From Dehalococcoidia bacterium (GTDB taxonomy: Bacteria > Chloroflexota > Dehalococcoidia > GIF9 > AB-539-J10): a stretch of 64,000 bases of DNA. The notes under the pieces were generated by a model. It was not told the DNA's origin and ran no database searches. It was given only the letters and a program-made list of their open reading frames with translations. Positions 47,309 through 56,805 of this stretch are shown piece after piece. The stretch spans positions 1,999 to 65,998 of the forward strand of contig JAGGYM010000060.1 in the NCBI GenBank assembly GCA_021162545.1. Direction: 5' to 3'. The first letter of the stretch is position 1, and the number at the start of each line of letters is the position of its first letter. Position numbers and translations under genes: made by a program.

Positions 47309-48235
47309 TCAGATATCAAAAAATCCGGTGGATTTTTCCAACTCACTCAAGGCTTCCTTCGCTGTCTGGGATACATCCTGATAAGAGCTTCCCCTTAGCT
47401 GTCTCAGCGCTCCTTCCGCCCTTGCTCCCCCTATCAGCACCAACGCCCGCATACTTGCCTCCCGTACCTGGGCATCTCCATCCCAGGCAAGGTCAATCAG
47501 GAAAGGTACAGCTTCCTCCCTGCCCAATTCACCACAGGCTTCAGCCACCTTACAACGCACTACCGGAGCTTTGTTATCTTTCTCTGCGGAGATAAGAGGT
47601 AGCCACACCGGATCACAATTGCGCCCCATGGCACATACAGCGCTGGCCTTAATTTCTACGTTGCTGTGGTGGTAAGCTCGCTCGATCAGTCGCTTTATCC
47701 GGGGTGAATCCAGTGGAGCTATGGCCTCCAAACACCGTCGCTTCACTTCTTCCGTAGCGGATTCATCTTCAATGACCGCCAGCAAATTAGAATATATCTC
47801 TTTCTCTTGAAGGTGCGATAACTTCTTCACCGCAGCCAGGAGGGCAAACTGCCCCAGGGCAACCGCTGCCTCAATTTGAACCTTTTCTTCTTCATCCTCC
47901 CTGAGCAAACGAATCAGAGTTGTAACAACAGCGCCGTCTTCTTCCTCTCCCTCTATGGTCTTGATTGCCGCTCTCCTGACCTCTGCATCGCCATCATCAA
48001 GACAAGCATGAAACACTCTGCTGAAATCAAAAAACAGGCTATCGCCCCTGAGTTTGACAAGACGACTCAGAATATAGAGCTTCCTCTCCCTGACCGTCCG
48101 AGCCCACTCACACTCAAAAAGGGCTGCCTCTTCTTCCGCCAGACCTGACAGCAAGGCAAGCTGAGAAGGAGTTACTTTTCGCTCCGAATCCAGGATATCA
48201 GCTAGCTTTTGTTCAAACTCACTCCTCTTCTTCAT
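47309..48235 (-). CDS. HEAT/PBS-lyase-type repeat protein
   Basis: Repeated DxxVRxxAxxALGxIG-like alpha-solenoid units (DAEVRRAAIKTIEG, DAQVREASMRALVLIGG). Confidence 0.55.
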   Translation of the reverse strand: MKKRSEFEQKLADILDSERKVTPSQLALLSGLAEEEAALFECEWARTVRERKLYILSRLVKLRGDSLFFDFSRVFHACLDDGDAEVRRAAIKTIEGEEEDGAVVTTLIRLLREDEEEKVQIEAAVALGQFALLAAVKKLSHLQEKEIYSNLLAVIEDESATEEVKRRCLEAIAPLDSPRIKRLIERAYHHSNVEIKASAVCAMGRNCDPVWLPLISAEKDNKAPVVRCKVAEACGELGREEAVPFLIDLAWDGDAQVREASMRALVLIGGARAEGALRQLRGSSYQDVSQTAKEALSELEKSTGFFDI

Positions 48236-49001
48236 CCCGCTCCCAGATAGGCTCAGTAAACTGGTCAATATACTCCGCAGTTGCCTGCTTGGTTATCCTG
48301 TCCTCTTCCTCGCTCGTTTTCTCGACTAAACTCGCAAGCTCAGTCAAGTCAACCTCTATACCAATCATCCTGACGAGAACTTCAAGCACAGCCAGAGAGG
48401 CCTTGGGGTTTTCTATCTGAACGGCATAAGAAGGCACCTCTCCCAATAGGCAAACTCCCTCCATCCCCCGCTCCCTGGCCATCCCCAGCACCAGTCCGTT
48501 AAGTCCTGCAATGCGCAGATTGCCCTTCAGGATAACGCCTTCTTCTTCCAACTCACCGAGGAGTTCGCTCCCCGTAGCAGCTCCCCATACTCTGGATTTT
48601 TCCCGATGATGGATATGGGTCACTGCCGCAGCACAGCTATATATTCGGGTAACTTTAAGCTTCTGTGCCACATCCAGAACACAACTGACCAGCTCATGCC
48701 CCCTGGAATTCGGTTGTTCCTCCCCGAGAAAAAACACCAGCCCGTTCTCTCCTTGAGCATCCTGCCAGTAGTAGAAATTATTCTCAGGGAAGCGAGGTTC
48801 TTCAACGATATTATCCCGCACGACAACGCCCGTAGGTTCAAAGAAATAGGGGCTATCAATTTCTCCCATCTCCACGGCGTTCAGCTTTTCCCGCAAATAC
48901 CTCACCGCTATCAGAGAGACGTTGCCGATCCCCGGCCACGAAGCAAACATAACGCAACTTTTGGCTTCCGGTTGCTTGCGAAGTTTCACGATCCTTCTCA
49001 T
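48219..49001 (-). CDS. PAC2 (proteasome assembly chaperone 2)-family protein
   Basis: 260 aa. The pattern VMFASWPGIGNVSLIA ... LVFFLGEEQP ... GNLRIAGLNGLVLGMARERGMEGVCLLGEVPSYA matches the PAC2 family as I recall it (e.g. actinobacterial and archaeal members). Confidence 0.6.
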   Translation of the reverse strand: MRRIVKLRKQPEAKSCVMFASWPGIGNVSLIAVRYLREKLNAVEMGEIDSPYFFEPTGVVVRDNIVEEPRFPENNFYYWQDAQGENGLVFFLGEEQPNSRGHELVSCVLDVAQKLKVTRIYSCAAAVTHIHHREKSRVWGAATGSELLGELEEEGVILKGNLRIAGLNGLVLGMARERGMEGVCLLGEVPSYAVQIENPKASLAVLEVLVRMIGIEVDLTELASLVEKTSEEEDRITKQATAEYIDQFTEPIWERDEEEE

Positions 49002-49040
49002 ATTACCCCCGTCACCTGTGATTTTACCCGGGATCAGGCA

Positions 49041-50357
49041 TCACTTCCCCTTTCCTCTCCCTGATGCTACCGATATGCTGGGGCAATACAAATGCGGAGT
49101 ATATACTGCTCCCCCAACCCAGCGCGCTTTATCCCCTATGCCCAAAAGCTCCCCCAGAACCCGATAGACATTGCCCGAGATCATGGTATCTTTCACCCGT
49201 CCTGCTATTTTACCATTTTCCACCTTGTACCCCAATAAGACATTACCGCTGAAGTCGCCGCTCAAAAGGTTGCCCTGCTCGGCCCCCATAAGCTGCTCCA
49301 CAACCAAACCTTCCTTCACATCCGCTACCATATCCTCAAAAGCGACCTCTCCTTCCTCTACTACCAGCGAACTGCTAGCCGGGCGCGGGAAGCCTGCGCC
49401 TGCCCGATCTCCATGGCCCGTGCTTCGGGTACCTGCCAGCGCCGCCGTTTGCAGGTCATAGAAGAAATTCAATATCTCCCCCTCATTAATGAGAGGCAGC
49501 CGCCGGCTGCGCACGCCCTCGTCATCACAGGGCCTGCTCCCGGGGCCGCAGGCTATGGTAGCATCGTCCCGGAGGGAGAGCTTCGCGTCAAAAAGGCGCT
49601 CCCCCAATTTGCCTTTCAACGGAGATGTTCCTTCAAGGACCATTTTGCCACTGAAAGCCAGCATCAGCGGAGAGAGCAGGGCGCTGGCCACGCCATTAGG
49701 GGTAAAGATCACCGGCAAAGATTTAGCAGGCAGAGCAGCCGACTCCCTGGCCCACTCAAGCTGTCTCTTTATGCTATCTGCCAGACCATCGATCCCGACA
49801 GGCAGGCAACAGGAGCTCGCACTGTCTCCAACAAAAAGCATGTCTTCGCCCCTCACAAGCGTGCCTTCCAGCCCCAGGCCGAAGAAGCTCTTATCGTAAC
49901 TTGCCTTGCCCCCCTGAGAATTGAGTATCTGTACCGAGGCCATTCCCCTGGTCACGCTGACGTCACAGAGAACGCCAGCGGTGTGTCCCGTGATGCTGGC
50001 AATGAGTGCGCTGCCCATATCCACCATTTCAGACATCGTTACCCCTCCAACCGCCGGGTCAAAAGTGTTCACCGGAGGATAGCTATCCAGAGAAGGGAAC
50101 TGGTATTCTGCCGGAAGCCCGAATTGAGACGTTTCCACCGCCATCTCGAGCAAGCGCTCCTCATCCGCAACGCTGCTGGCACGGGCAAAACCGACTCTGC
50201 CATCCTTGAAAATCCGCAGGGCAACACTTGTGCTCTCCCTGGTTTGAATCTCCCTCAGGCGGTTGGCTTCAAAGCGAACGGGCACCTGACGGGAAGAAAC
50301 GCGAAAAACTTCCGCCTGCTGAGCTACTTCCATTGCCCGCACCAGAAGCCGTTCCAT
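49041..50357 (-). CDS. pmbA: TldE/PmbA-family metalloprotease subunit
   Basis: TldD/PmbA fold without the HExxxH motif. Start taken at ATG 50357, adjacent to the tldD stop; the ORF track extends to 50453 and overlaps tldD. Confidence 0.8.
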   Translation of the reverse strand: MERLLVRAMEVAQQAEVFRVSSRQVPVRFEANRLREIQTRESTSVALRIFKDGRVGFARASSVADEERLLEMAVETSQFGLPAEYQFPSLDSYPPVNTFDPAVGGVTMSEMVDMGSALIASITGHTAGVLCDVSVTRGMASVQILNSQGGKASYDKSFFGLGLEGTLVRGEDMLFVGDSASSCCLPVGIDGLADSIKRQLEWARESAALPAKSLPVIFTPNGVASALLSPLMLAFSGKMVLEGTSPLKGKLGERLFDAKLSLRDDATIACGPGSRPCDDEGVRSRRLPLINEGEILNFFYDLQTAALAGTRSTGHGDRAGAGFPRPASSSLVVEEGEVAFEDMVADVKEGLVVEQLMGAEQGNLLSGDFSGNVLLGYKVENGKIAGRVKDTMISGNVYRVLGELLGIGDKARWVGGAVYTPHLYCPSISVASGRGKGK

Positions 50358-50358
50358 C

Positions 50359-51774
50359 TCACTTGCCCCCCACCACACAGTGGCGAATCCTGATATGCGG
50401 GCTGCCATTGGAAACGGGCAGCGGAGACTGCCCTCCCTTCCCACAGCCTCCACCCTGGTTCATGTCCAGGTCATTACCAACGGCATCTATATTCCCCAGG
50501 GTAACGAAAACGTTTCCCGTTAACACTGGAGCTCGCAGCAACCCCATCACTTTCCCATCATGAATCGTATAAGCTTCCGCAGCGGAAAAGGTAAACATCT
50601 CCAGGCTGGTTGTTCCTCCATACCAGTCCCTGACATAAAGACCATCCTTGACCTCGCCTAACATATCTTCAAAAGACAGCTTGCCGGGCTCGATAAAAGT
50701 GTTGCTCATGCGCACAATGGGGGGAAAGAGGTAATTCAGGGCCCTGGCATTCCCCGTGGGTTTTTCTCCCATCCTGGATGCCGTCTCCCGGGAATGGAGC
50801 CTCCCCGTCAGAATTCCCTCCCTGACAAGATAGTTCCTGGTGGCAGGCACCCCCTCATCATCATATTTATAGCTTCCTCTCAGGTTGGGAATGGTGGCAT
50901 CATCCACGATATTGAGAAAGCCCCCTCCAAATCTTCGCCCCAGAACCATGATTTTGCGCAGTTGCTCATTTTGATAGACGAAATCCGACTCCGATAAATG
51001 CCCGAAGGCCTCATGAACGAAAACCCCGGCCAGAACAGGGTCAAGAATCACGGTGTATTCTCCTCCTGCCACCTCGGGAGCATCGAGGAGTGCCGCCGCG
51101 CGCTTCGCCACCTTTTTTACCTCTCCCTGTAATCCCTCTATAGCAGAAAATTCACCCCTGCTTCCCATACTCAATCCTGCCTGCTGAATCTCGCCATTCC
51201 CGCGCGCTATCGCCGTGAGCCGCAAGGCAAGGTCGGGCTTATCCTGTTCAATATAACTGCCCTCAGAGCTGGCAAAAATTACCTTGCGCCCGACATCACG
51301 ATAAATGATGTTCGAGCTTTGAATCCTGGGGCTGCCGAGCACAATCTCGTTGTATTCATCAAGAAGCTGCTTTTTTGCCGCCAGGGGCACACAGGTCGAA
51401 TCACTCCTTTTCTCTGCTGCCACCACGTCAACCACGGGCTCGGCAGGAGATATCTTGAAGGCCTCCCCTCCAGCCATCCGGGCCTCTTCCACCGCCAGAG
51501 ACACATTGTTTCTCAGGCCCTCAATATCATTGAAACTGACAAATCCCCAGCTGCCCCTGACCAGAACACGGACGTTCCCGCCAAGGCTGCGGGATTTGTC
51601 CACCTCCTCCAACCTCTTTCCCCGGTAAACGAGTTGCGTGCTCTGGCTTTCCTCAAAGTGAACTTCAATATATTCAGCATCGTGCCCCTTGAGAGCGTCA
51701 GCAATACGGTTGCGCATGGAGCCTATTGTAATCCCCCGGGCAAAGAAAGACAAAAGGTTAAACTCGCGCAGCAA
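50359..51774 (-). CDS. tldD: TldD metalloprotease
   Basis: 471 aa. HExxxH zinc motif (HEAFGHLSE). C-terminal GxC motif region. Confidence 0.85.
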   Translation of the reverse strand: MLREFNLLSFFARGITIGSMRNRIADALKGHDAEYIEVHFEESQSTQLVYRGKRLEEVDKSRSLGGNVRVLVRGSWGFVSFNDIEGLRNNVSLAVEEARMAGGEAFKISPAEPVVDVVAAEKRSDSTCVPLAAKKQLLDEYNEIVLGSPRIQSSNIIYRDVGRKVIFASSEGSYIEQDKPDLALRLTAIARGNGEIQQAGLSMGSRGEFSAIEGLQGEVKKVAKRAAALLDAPEVAGGEYTVILDPVLAGVFVHEAFGHLSESDFVYQNEQLRKIMVLGRRFGGGFLNIVDDATIPNLRGSYKYDDEGVPATRNYLVREGILTGRLHSRETASRMGEKPTGNARALNYLFPPIVRMSNTFIEPGKLSFEDMLGEVKDGLYVRDWYGGTTSLEMFTFSAAEAYTIHDGKVMGLLRAPVLTGNVFVTLGNIDAVGNDLDMNQGGGCGKGGQSPLPVSNGSPHIRIRHCVVGGK

Positions 51775-51962
51775 GCTGGCCCCTTTAGAGATAACCCCCT
51801 TTCAAGGGGAAGCAGCAAACGCCGTATAAAAATATACCCCCATCAACAATGTGACCACGTCTTCCTTCCCAAAACAAGGACTATTTTACCACACACCTCT
51901 TCTCCATCGAGGACATCCCCTTTCACCTCGCCTTCGTTACCCTGAGAAAATCCTTCTCCCTC

Positions 51963-52013
51963 CAGGACTTTTGGGGCAGAGCAACACTGCAGTGCTTTCC
52001 TGCAGGACTTTTG
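51963..52013. promoter_or_regulatory. Direct repeats CAGGACTTTTG (x2, 40 bp apart) flanking a perfect 10-bp palindrome CACTGCAGTG, upstream of the small HTH gene
   Basis: Repeats at 51963-51973 and 52003-52013. Palindrome at 51985-51994. Candidate operator for the adjacent HTH_17 protein. Confidence 0.3.
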
Positions 52014-52085
52014 CGTGATAGACACAGAATGGAGTTTACGTTAACCTGGAAGAAGTTTAATGAAGATAAATGAGGTAAAGGAAGT

Positions 52086-52283
52086 ATGAAAATGAATTGG
52101 GCGAATCCAGGAATGATGACCACCTCGGAAGTTGCCACCTTGCTCAACGTCCATCCCAACACGGTGCGGCAGTGGAGCAACAAAGGGCTGCTACACGCAT
52201 ACCACCTGGGGACCAGGCAAGACCGCAGGTTCAGGCAAGAAGACGTGGACAACTTCCTCAATGGCAATGGCCACAAATCATAG
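52086..52283 (+). CDS. Small MerR/excisionase-type (HTH_17) DNA-binding protein
   Basis: 65 aa. MTTSEVATLLNVHPNTVRQWSNKGLLHAY is a classic HTH_17 (Xis/AlpA/MerR-like) helix-turn-helix. Confidence 0.6.
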   Translation: MKMNWANPGMMTTSEVATLLNVHPNTVRQWSNKGLLHAYHLGTRQDRRFRQEDVDNFLNGNGHKS

Positions 52284-52387
52284 CGCCCCGTGACAGCGCA
52301 AAAGATCCACGCGCGCCAGCAAATGGACTTTGCCCTCCCCCTGTTGTATACTTCAGGCAGGAACTAAAAACAAAGGGGGCAGTGCAG

Positions 52388-52660
52388 ATGAGATCTAGCC
52401 TTATCGGAAAGATCGAAAAAGCAAAAAGGTATGCCCAAGAACCAGGCCGAATCAGCTTTTCAGGTTTCACCACCGTCTTTCATGGAGAAAACAGCGATCA
52501 CAAAGTAAGCTATGCCAGCGGAAAGTGGCACTGTACCTGCGACTTCTTCTCACAGTGGGGAACGTGCAGCCACATCATGGCGTTACAGCAGGTACTGGGC
52601 AAGATGTTACCCGCGGAAGCCACCCCCTCTCTTGAAGAGGCTCAATCACAGGAGAGATAA
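52388..52660 (+). CDS. Small SWIM zinc-finger protein
   Basis: 90 aa from ATG 52388 (AAGGGGG RBS upstream). WHCTCDFFSQWGTCSHIMAL is a CxCx9CxH SWIM motif. The upstream part of ORF-track entry 52097..52660 is a low-complexity out-of-frame overlap with the HTH gene. Confidence 0.5.
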   Translation: MRSSLIGKIEKAKRYAQEPGRISFSGFTTVFHGENSDHKVSYASGKWHCTCDFFSQWGTCSHIMALQQVLGKMLPAEATPSLEEAQSQER

Positions 52661-53949
52661 TCCAGCGCCTCGGCTGCTACAAAGAGAGACCCGGTGATGC
52701 AGACGAGGTCTTCTTCCTTCGCCAGAGATAATACTAACCGTAGAGCGCGAGGCACATCGCTTGAGCTCTCTGGGGGAATCCCCTGTCTGGAAAACTCCGC
52801 AGCTATCATCGAAACAGCGGCCGCTCGCGGATGCGAAGAGCGGGTAACGGTGACTCGCGGAGAGAGGACAATCGCCTCCTTTACGATGCCTGAAATATCC
52901 TTGTCGCCTGACATTCCCACAACAAGAAAGACCTGCTCATAGAGAAAACAGGATTTAATGCTCTCAACCAGTCTTCCCATGGATGCCACATTGTGCGCCC
53001 CATCAACCAGAACCAGCGGGTGACGCCGGACGACCTGAAACCTCGCCGGCCATCTGACCTGAGCCATCCCCCGAACGATATTCGCAGCTGAGATATCACA
53101 CCCTCCTGCTGCAAGAATCTCCAGGGCAGCTACCGCGGTTGCCACGTTCTCCCCTTGATAATCACCCAAAAGAGGAGTGTGGATACGATATTCTCCCCCC
53201 ATGCCTTCAATTGCAAACGTTTGCCCCGCGAGGTCGGAATTTACCTTCCGACAGGTAACTTCTTCACCCACCTGAAACAGCTTCGCTTCCCGCAGCCGGC
53301 AAACATCCCGCAGCACCCCTGCCACCTCTTGCGGCTGGGGCGAAACTACAACTCTGGCTCCCGCCTTAATAATGCCAGCCTTCTCATAAGCTATCTCTTC
53401 CAGACTGTTGCCCAGAACCCCGGTATGGTCCCGGCTGACCGCAGTGATAACGCAGACTTCCGGCCAGGCTACATTGGTAGCATCGAGCCTGCCTCCCAAT
53501 CCCGTCTCCAGCACCTGGAAATCCACCTTTTTTTGGGCAAAATAAGCAAACGCCAGCACGGTCAATGCCTCAAAGAAGCTCAGCCGCTCCTGCCCTGCTT
53601 CTGCAAAGCGAGGCTTCAAATCAGTCATCAGTTCAGCGAACTCCTCCTCTGAAATCGCAGTGCCTCCCACATTGATTCGCTCTCTTATGGAGTGCAGGTG
53701 CGGGGAAGTGTATAATCCCGTCCTGTAGCCTGAGGCAGAAAGAACCTGCGCTACCATAGCCGCCACGCTTCCCTTGCCGTTGGTCCCCGCTATATGAACC
53801 GTTCTGGCCACGAGGTGCGGACTGCCCATTCGCTCCAGCAGTTCTTCCACATGCCCCAGGCTATAGCCGCCTGAGACATAAGGCGTTCCTGGAATGTTTT
53901 CGTAATTGAGGAAACTATTGAGATACTCTATCGCCTGAACGTAATTCAT
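52642..53949 (-). CDS. folC: Folylpolyglutamate synthase / dihydrofolate synthase
   Basis: 435 aa. Mur-ligase P-loop VHIAGTNGKGS. FolC N-terminus (AIEYL). Confidence 0.85.
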   Translation of the reverse strand: MNYVQAIEYLNSFLNYENIPGTPYVSGGYSLGHVEELLERMGSPHLVARTVHIAGTNGKGSVAAMVAQVLSASGYRTGLYTSPHLHSIRERINVGGTAISEEEFAELMTDLKPRFAEAGQERLSFFEALTVLAFAYFAQKKVDFQVLETGLGGRLDATNVAWPEVCVITAVSRDHTGVLGNSLEEIAYEKAGIIKAGARVVVSPQPQEVAGVLRDVCRLREAKLFQVGEEVTCRKVNSDLAGQTFAIEGMGGEYRIHTPLLGDYQGENVATAVAALEILAAGGCDISAANIVRGMAQVRWPARFQVVRRHPLVLVDGAHNVASMGRLVESIKSCFLYEQVFLVVGMSGDKDISGIVKEAIVLSPRVTVTRSSHPRAAAVSMIAAEFSRQGIPPESSSDVPRALRLVLSLAKEEDLVCITGSLFVAAEALDYLSCD

Positions 53950-53987
53950 CGCTGCCTGACTTTAACTTCATCCCTCCCTCTGCTATT

Positions 53988-54821
53988 ATGCAGGTAATGA
54001 ACTTCATAGACAAATTGCTGGCCGCCAGCAGAAAAAATAAAAGCCTGCTCTGCATCGGCCTGGACCCCAATCCCGAACTCATGCCCTCCATAAATGTCGC
54101 GGATTTCAACCGGGACATCATAAACGCCACCTGCGACCTGGCTTGTGCCTACAAGCCCAATCTGGCCTTCTACGAAGCTCAGGGCCTCCAGGGGCTCATA
54201 GCCCTGGAGAAAACCATTAAATTCATCCCCCCCCACATCCCCATCATTGGAGATGCCAAGCGCGGCGACATCGGCAATACTTCCAAAGCCTACGCTAGGG
54301 CCCTTTTTTCCACCTTCGGCTTCGATGCTGCTACAGTCAGTCCCTACCTCGGAAAGGACTCTCTGGAACCCTTTATCAAACACAGGGATAAAGGAATTTT
54401 CATCTTATGTCGTACATCAAACAGAGGCGCCCGGGATTTTCAAGACCTTGCCCTCGCTGACGGTACTCCTCTTTACGAGATAGTGGCACGGAAAGCCAGC
54501 GAATGGAATTGCCATGGCAACATCGGGCTGGTCGTGGGAGCTACTTGCCCCGAAGAATTAAAGAGGGTTCGCTCTATCTGCCCTGAAATGCCATTGCTCA
54601 TACCAGGCATCGGAGCGCAGGGAGGAGACCTGGATTCGGTGATCGCATACGGAGTAGATGCCGCAGGAGAAAAGGCAATTATAACTGTCTCCCGCCAGGT
54701 TATCTACGCTTCCAGGGAAAAGAATTTTGCCCGGGCAGCCAGAACCGTGGCTGAGCAGCTGCGCAACCAGATCAACTCCGCCTTACCCAACCACCATCTG
54801 CCAGGGGAGCAAAAGGAGTAA
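53988..54821 (+). CDS. pyrF: Orotidine 5'-phosphate decarboxylase (long type-2 form)
   Basis: 277 aa. LCIGLDP and IIGDAKRGDIGNT motifs. Confidence 0.85.
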   Translation: MQVMNFIDKLLAASRKNKSLLCIGLDPNPELMPSINVADFNRDIINATCDLACAYKPNLAFYEAQGLQGLIALEKTIKFIPPHIPIIGDAKRGDIGNTSKAYARALFSTFGFDAATVSPYLGKDSLEPFIKHRDKGIFILCRTSNRGARDFQDLALADGTPLYEIVARKASEWNCHGNIGLVVGATCPEELKRVRSICPEMPLLIPGIGAQGGDLDSVIAYGVDAAGEKAIITVSRQVIYASREKNFARAARTVAEQLRNQINSALPNHHLPGEQKE

Positions 54822-54878
54822 CCATTGCAGCCCCTCCAACCGATCAACAATCAAGTTTAACTGCAAGTTAACTGAATT

Positions 54879-56036
54879 GTGGCTCGTTGTATTTTTCATA
54901 TCGACCTGGATGCTTTCTTCGTTTCCGCGGAGCAGGCGGCTGTCCCCGAACTCAAAGAGAAGATAGTAATCGTAGGGGGATCCCCCGGGCACCGTGGAGT
55001 GGTAGCCTCCGCCTCCTATGAAGCGCGTTCCTTCGGAATACACGCGGGAATGCCTTCATCGCAGGCTCGTCACCTTTGCCCCCGGGCCGTGTTCCTTCAG
55101 CCCAATTTCCCCCGCTACAAAGAAGCTTCAGCCAAATTCATGAAAATCCTGGCTTCTTTCTCCCCCGAAATCGAGCCCCTGGGGCTCGATGAGGCATACC
55201 TCAACGCTACCGGTTGCGAAGGGCTCCACGGAACTCCTCGAGACCTGGCCCTGCTGATAAAAGGCCGCATACGTCAGGAACTCGATATCTCCGCCTCAGT
55301 GGGCATTGCCAAGTGCAAGGTGATAGCCAAAGTTGCCTCCGATTTATGCAAGCCCGACGGATTGCTGGAAATAGCGCCAGGGGAGGAGCGAGATTTTCTA
55401 AGGCCGCTCCCCATTAAAAAACTGCCGGGGATAGGCAGCAAAACAGAAGAAACACTGCATACACTGGGCATTAGTACCATTGGAGAGTTAGCACTCCTCC
55501 CTCTGGAAATAGTAAAAAGCCGCTTCGGCCTTCTCGGAGTAACGCTCCTGCAGCACGCCAACGGCATTGATGAGCGGAGGGTGACAGCACAGGGAGAGCC
55601 CAAATCCTTCAGCCTGGAAGTTACTTTCCCCAGAGACACCTCAGACCGTCACTTGATCGAGACCACTCTCCATCACCTGTGCCAGAGAGTGGGAGAAAAT
55701 CTGCGCCGCCAGAACAAAAGCGCAAGGTGCATCGCTATAAAGTTGAGATATTCCAATTTCGAAACGATCACGCGGCAAATCACCCTGAAAGAATCCGGCA
55801 ACGCCACCCAATTTATCTTCCGCACTGCTGCAGAATTACTGAACAAAGCCCTGCCACAAAGAGGGAACCCCTTCCGCCTCATCGGCGTCAGTGCTTCACT
55901 TCTGACTGGGCAGGGAAAACAACTTCCTCTCCTCGACCCCGAAATGGAAAGGCTGACGCGCCTGGATCAGGCCATAGACCAAATCCGCCAGAAATATGGC
56001 GCGCCGGCCATACAGCAGGGAATCGATGATGACTGA
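54879..56036 (+). CDS. dinB: DNA polymerase IV (Y-family)
   Basis: GTG start. IFHIDLDAFFVSAEQ catalytic motif. SIDEAYLD-like motif (GLDEAYLN). Little-finger domain. Confidence 0.85.
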   Translation: MARCIFHIDLDAFFVSAEQAAVPELKEKIVIVGGSPGHRGVVASASYEARSFGIHAGMPSSQARHLCPRAVFLQPNFPRYKEASAKFMKILASFSPEIEPLGLDEAYLNATGCEGLHGTPRDLALLIKGRIRQELDISASVGIAKCKVIAKVASDLCKPDGLLEIAPGEERDFLRPLPIKKLPGIGSKTEETLHTLGISTIGELALLPLEIVKSRFGLLGVTLLQHANGIDERRVTAQGEPKSFSLEVTFPRDTSDRHLIETTLHHLCQRVGENLRRQNKSARCIAIKLRYSNFETITRQITLKESGNATQFIFRTAAELLNKALPQRGNPFRLIGVSASLLTGQGKQLPLLDPEMERLTRLDQAIDQIRQKYGAPAIQQGIDDD

Positions 56037-56065
56037 GAGCAAGATGTCCAGGCAACAGAGGAACA

Positions 56066-56094
56066 TTGACTTGCACAGGAGGATAAGATATATT
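56066..56094 (+). promoter_or_regulatory. Sigma70-like promoter upstream of hisH (TTGACT -17- TATATT), followed by imperfect palindrome GCAGTAATTGATTGCTGC
   Basis: Hexamers at 56066-56071 and 56089-56094. The palindrome at 56108-56125 lies between the predicted TSS and the hisH start. Confidence 0.4.
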
Positions 56095-56162
56095 ATCGCA
56101 CAGCTAGCAGTAATTGATTGCTGCCAGTTAGCATAGATAAACAGAGTCCTTCCAGACATCGC

Positions 56163-56804
56163 ATGCTGAAATCTCGTGAAGGTGAAGCGATCGCCATAAT
56201 TAATTATGGTGCAGGTAACCTGCGCAGCGTGGTCAACGCCATCACCAGCCTGGGGTACCAGCCAGAGGTAACCAGCAGACCAGATGAGATAGTTAACGCC
56301 AGGGCTGTTATTCTGCCGGGCGTCGGGGCCGCCGCCGATACCATAGAAAACCTCAGGGCGATGGGGTTGGATATCCTGATCCGCCAGCTGATAGACGATG
56401 GCTATCCCTTCCTGGGAGTCTGTATCGGGTTGCAAGTTCTTTTCACCGGCACCGAAGAAGGCGGCTGGCACGAATGTCTCGGCGTTCTTCCCGGGCGGGT
56501 GCGCAAGCTCCCTCCGGGGCTAAAAATTCCACACATGGGGTGGAATCAGGTAAAGCAGCTGCGCCCTCACCCCGTGTTCACCGACATACCGGATAGGGCC
56601 AACTTCTACTTCGTCCACAGCTACTACGTGGAGCCAGACGATAAATCTCTATCCATCGGTGAAACTGAATACGGTATTCCTCTATGCAGCGTCATAGCCA
56701 GAGAAAACCTGATAGCAACTCAATTTCATCCAGAGAAGAGCGGGGAATCTGGTCTCAAGCTGTACGACAATTTCATCAAGCTCGCCATGGCCGGTGACCG
56801 GTAG
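56163..56804 (+). CDS. hisH: Imidazole glycerol phosphate synthase, glutamine amidotransferase subunit
   Basis: [15 protein letters not shown]-terminus. Catalytic Cys (GVCIGLQ). His/Glu triad (FHPEKS). Confidence 0.85.
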   Translation: MLKSREGEAIAIINYGAGNLRSVVNAITSLGYQPEVTSRPDEIVNARAVILPGVGAAADTIENLRAMGLDILIRQLIDDGYPFLGVCIGLQVLFTGTEEGGWHECLGVLPGRVRKLPPGLKIPHMGWNQVKQLRPHPVFTDIPDRANFYFVHSYYVEPDDKSLSIGETEYGIPLCSVIARENLIATQFHPEKSGESGLKLYDNFIKLAMAGDR

Positions 56805-56805
56805 A

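Noticed and set aside
52097-52660. 187-aa ORF spanning the HTH and SWIM genes as one protein
   Set aside because: The N-terminal 95 residues are R/Q/P-rich low-complexity typical of out-of-frame read-through of the 52086..52283 HTH gene. A good RBS and ATG at 52388 start the SWIM part.
54822-54878. LexA/SOS box upstream of dinB (AGTTTAACTGCAAGTTAACTG)
   Set aside because: Contains repeated GTTAAC-like elements. It does not match CTGT-N8-ACAG, CGAACRNRYGTTCG or other LexA consensus sequences I know, and the repeats are direct rather than inverted.
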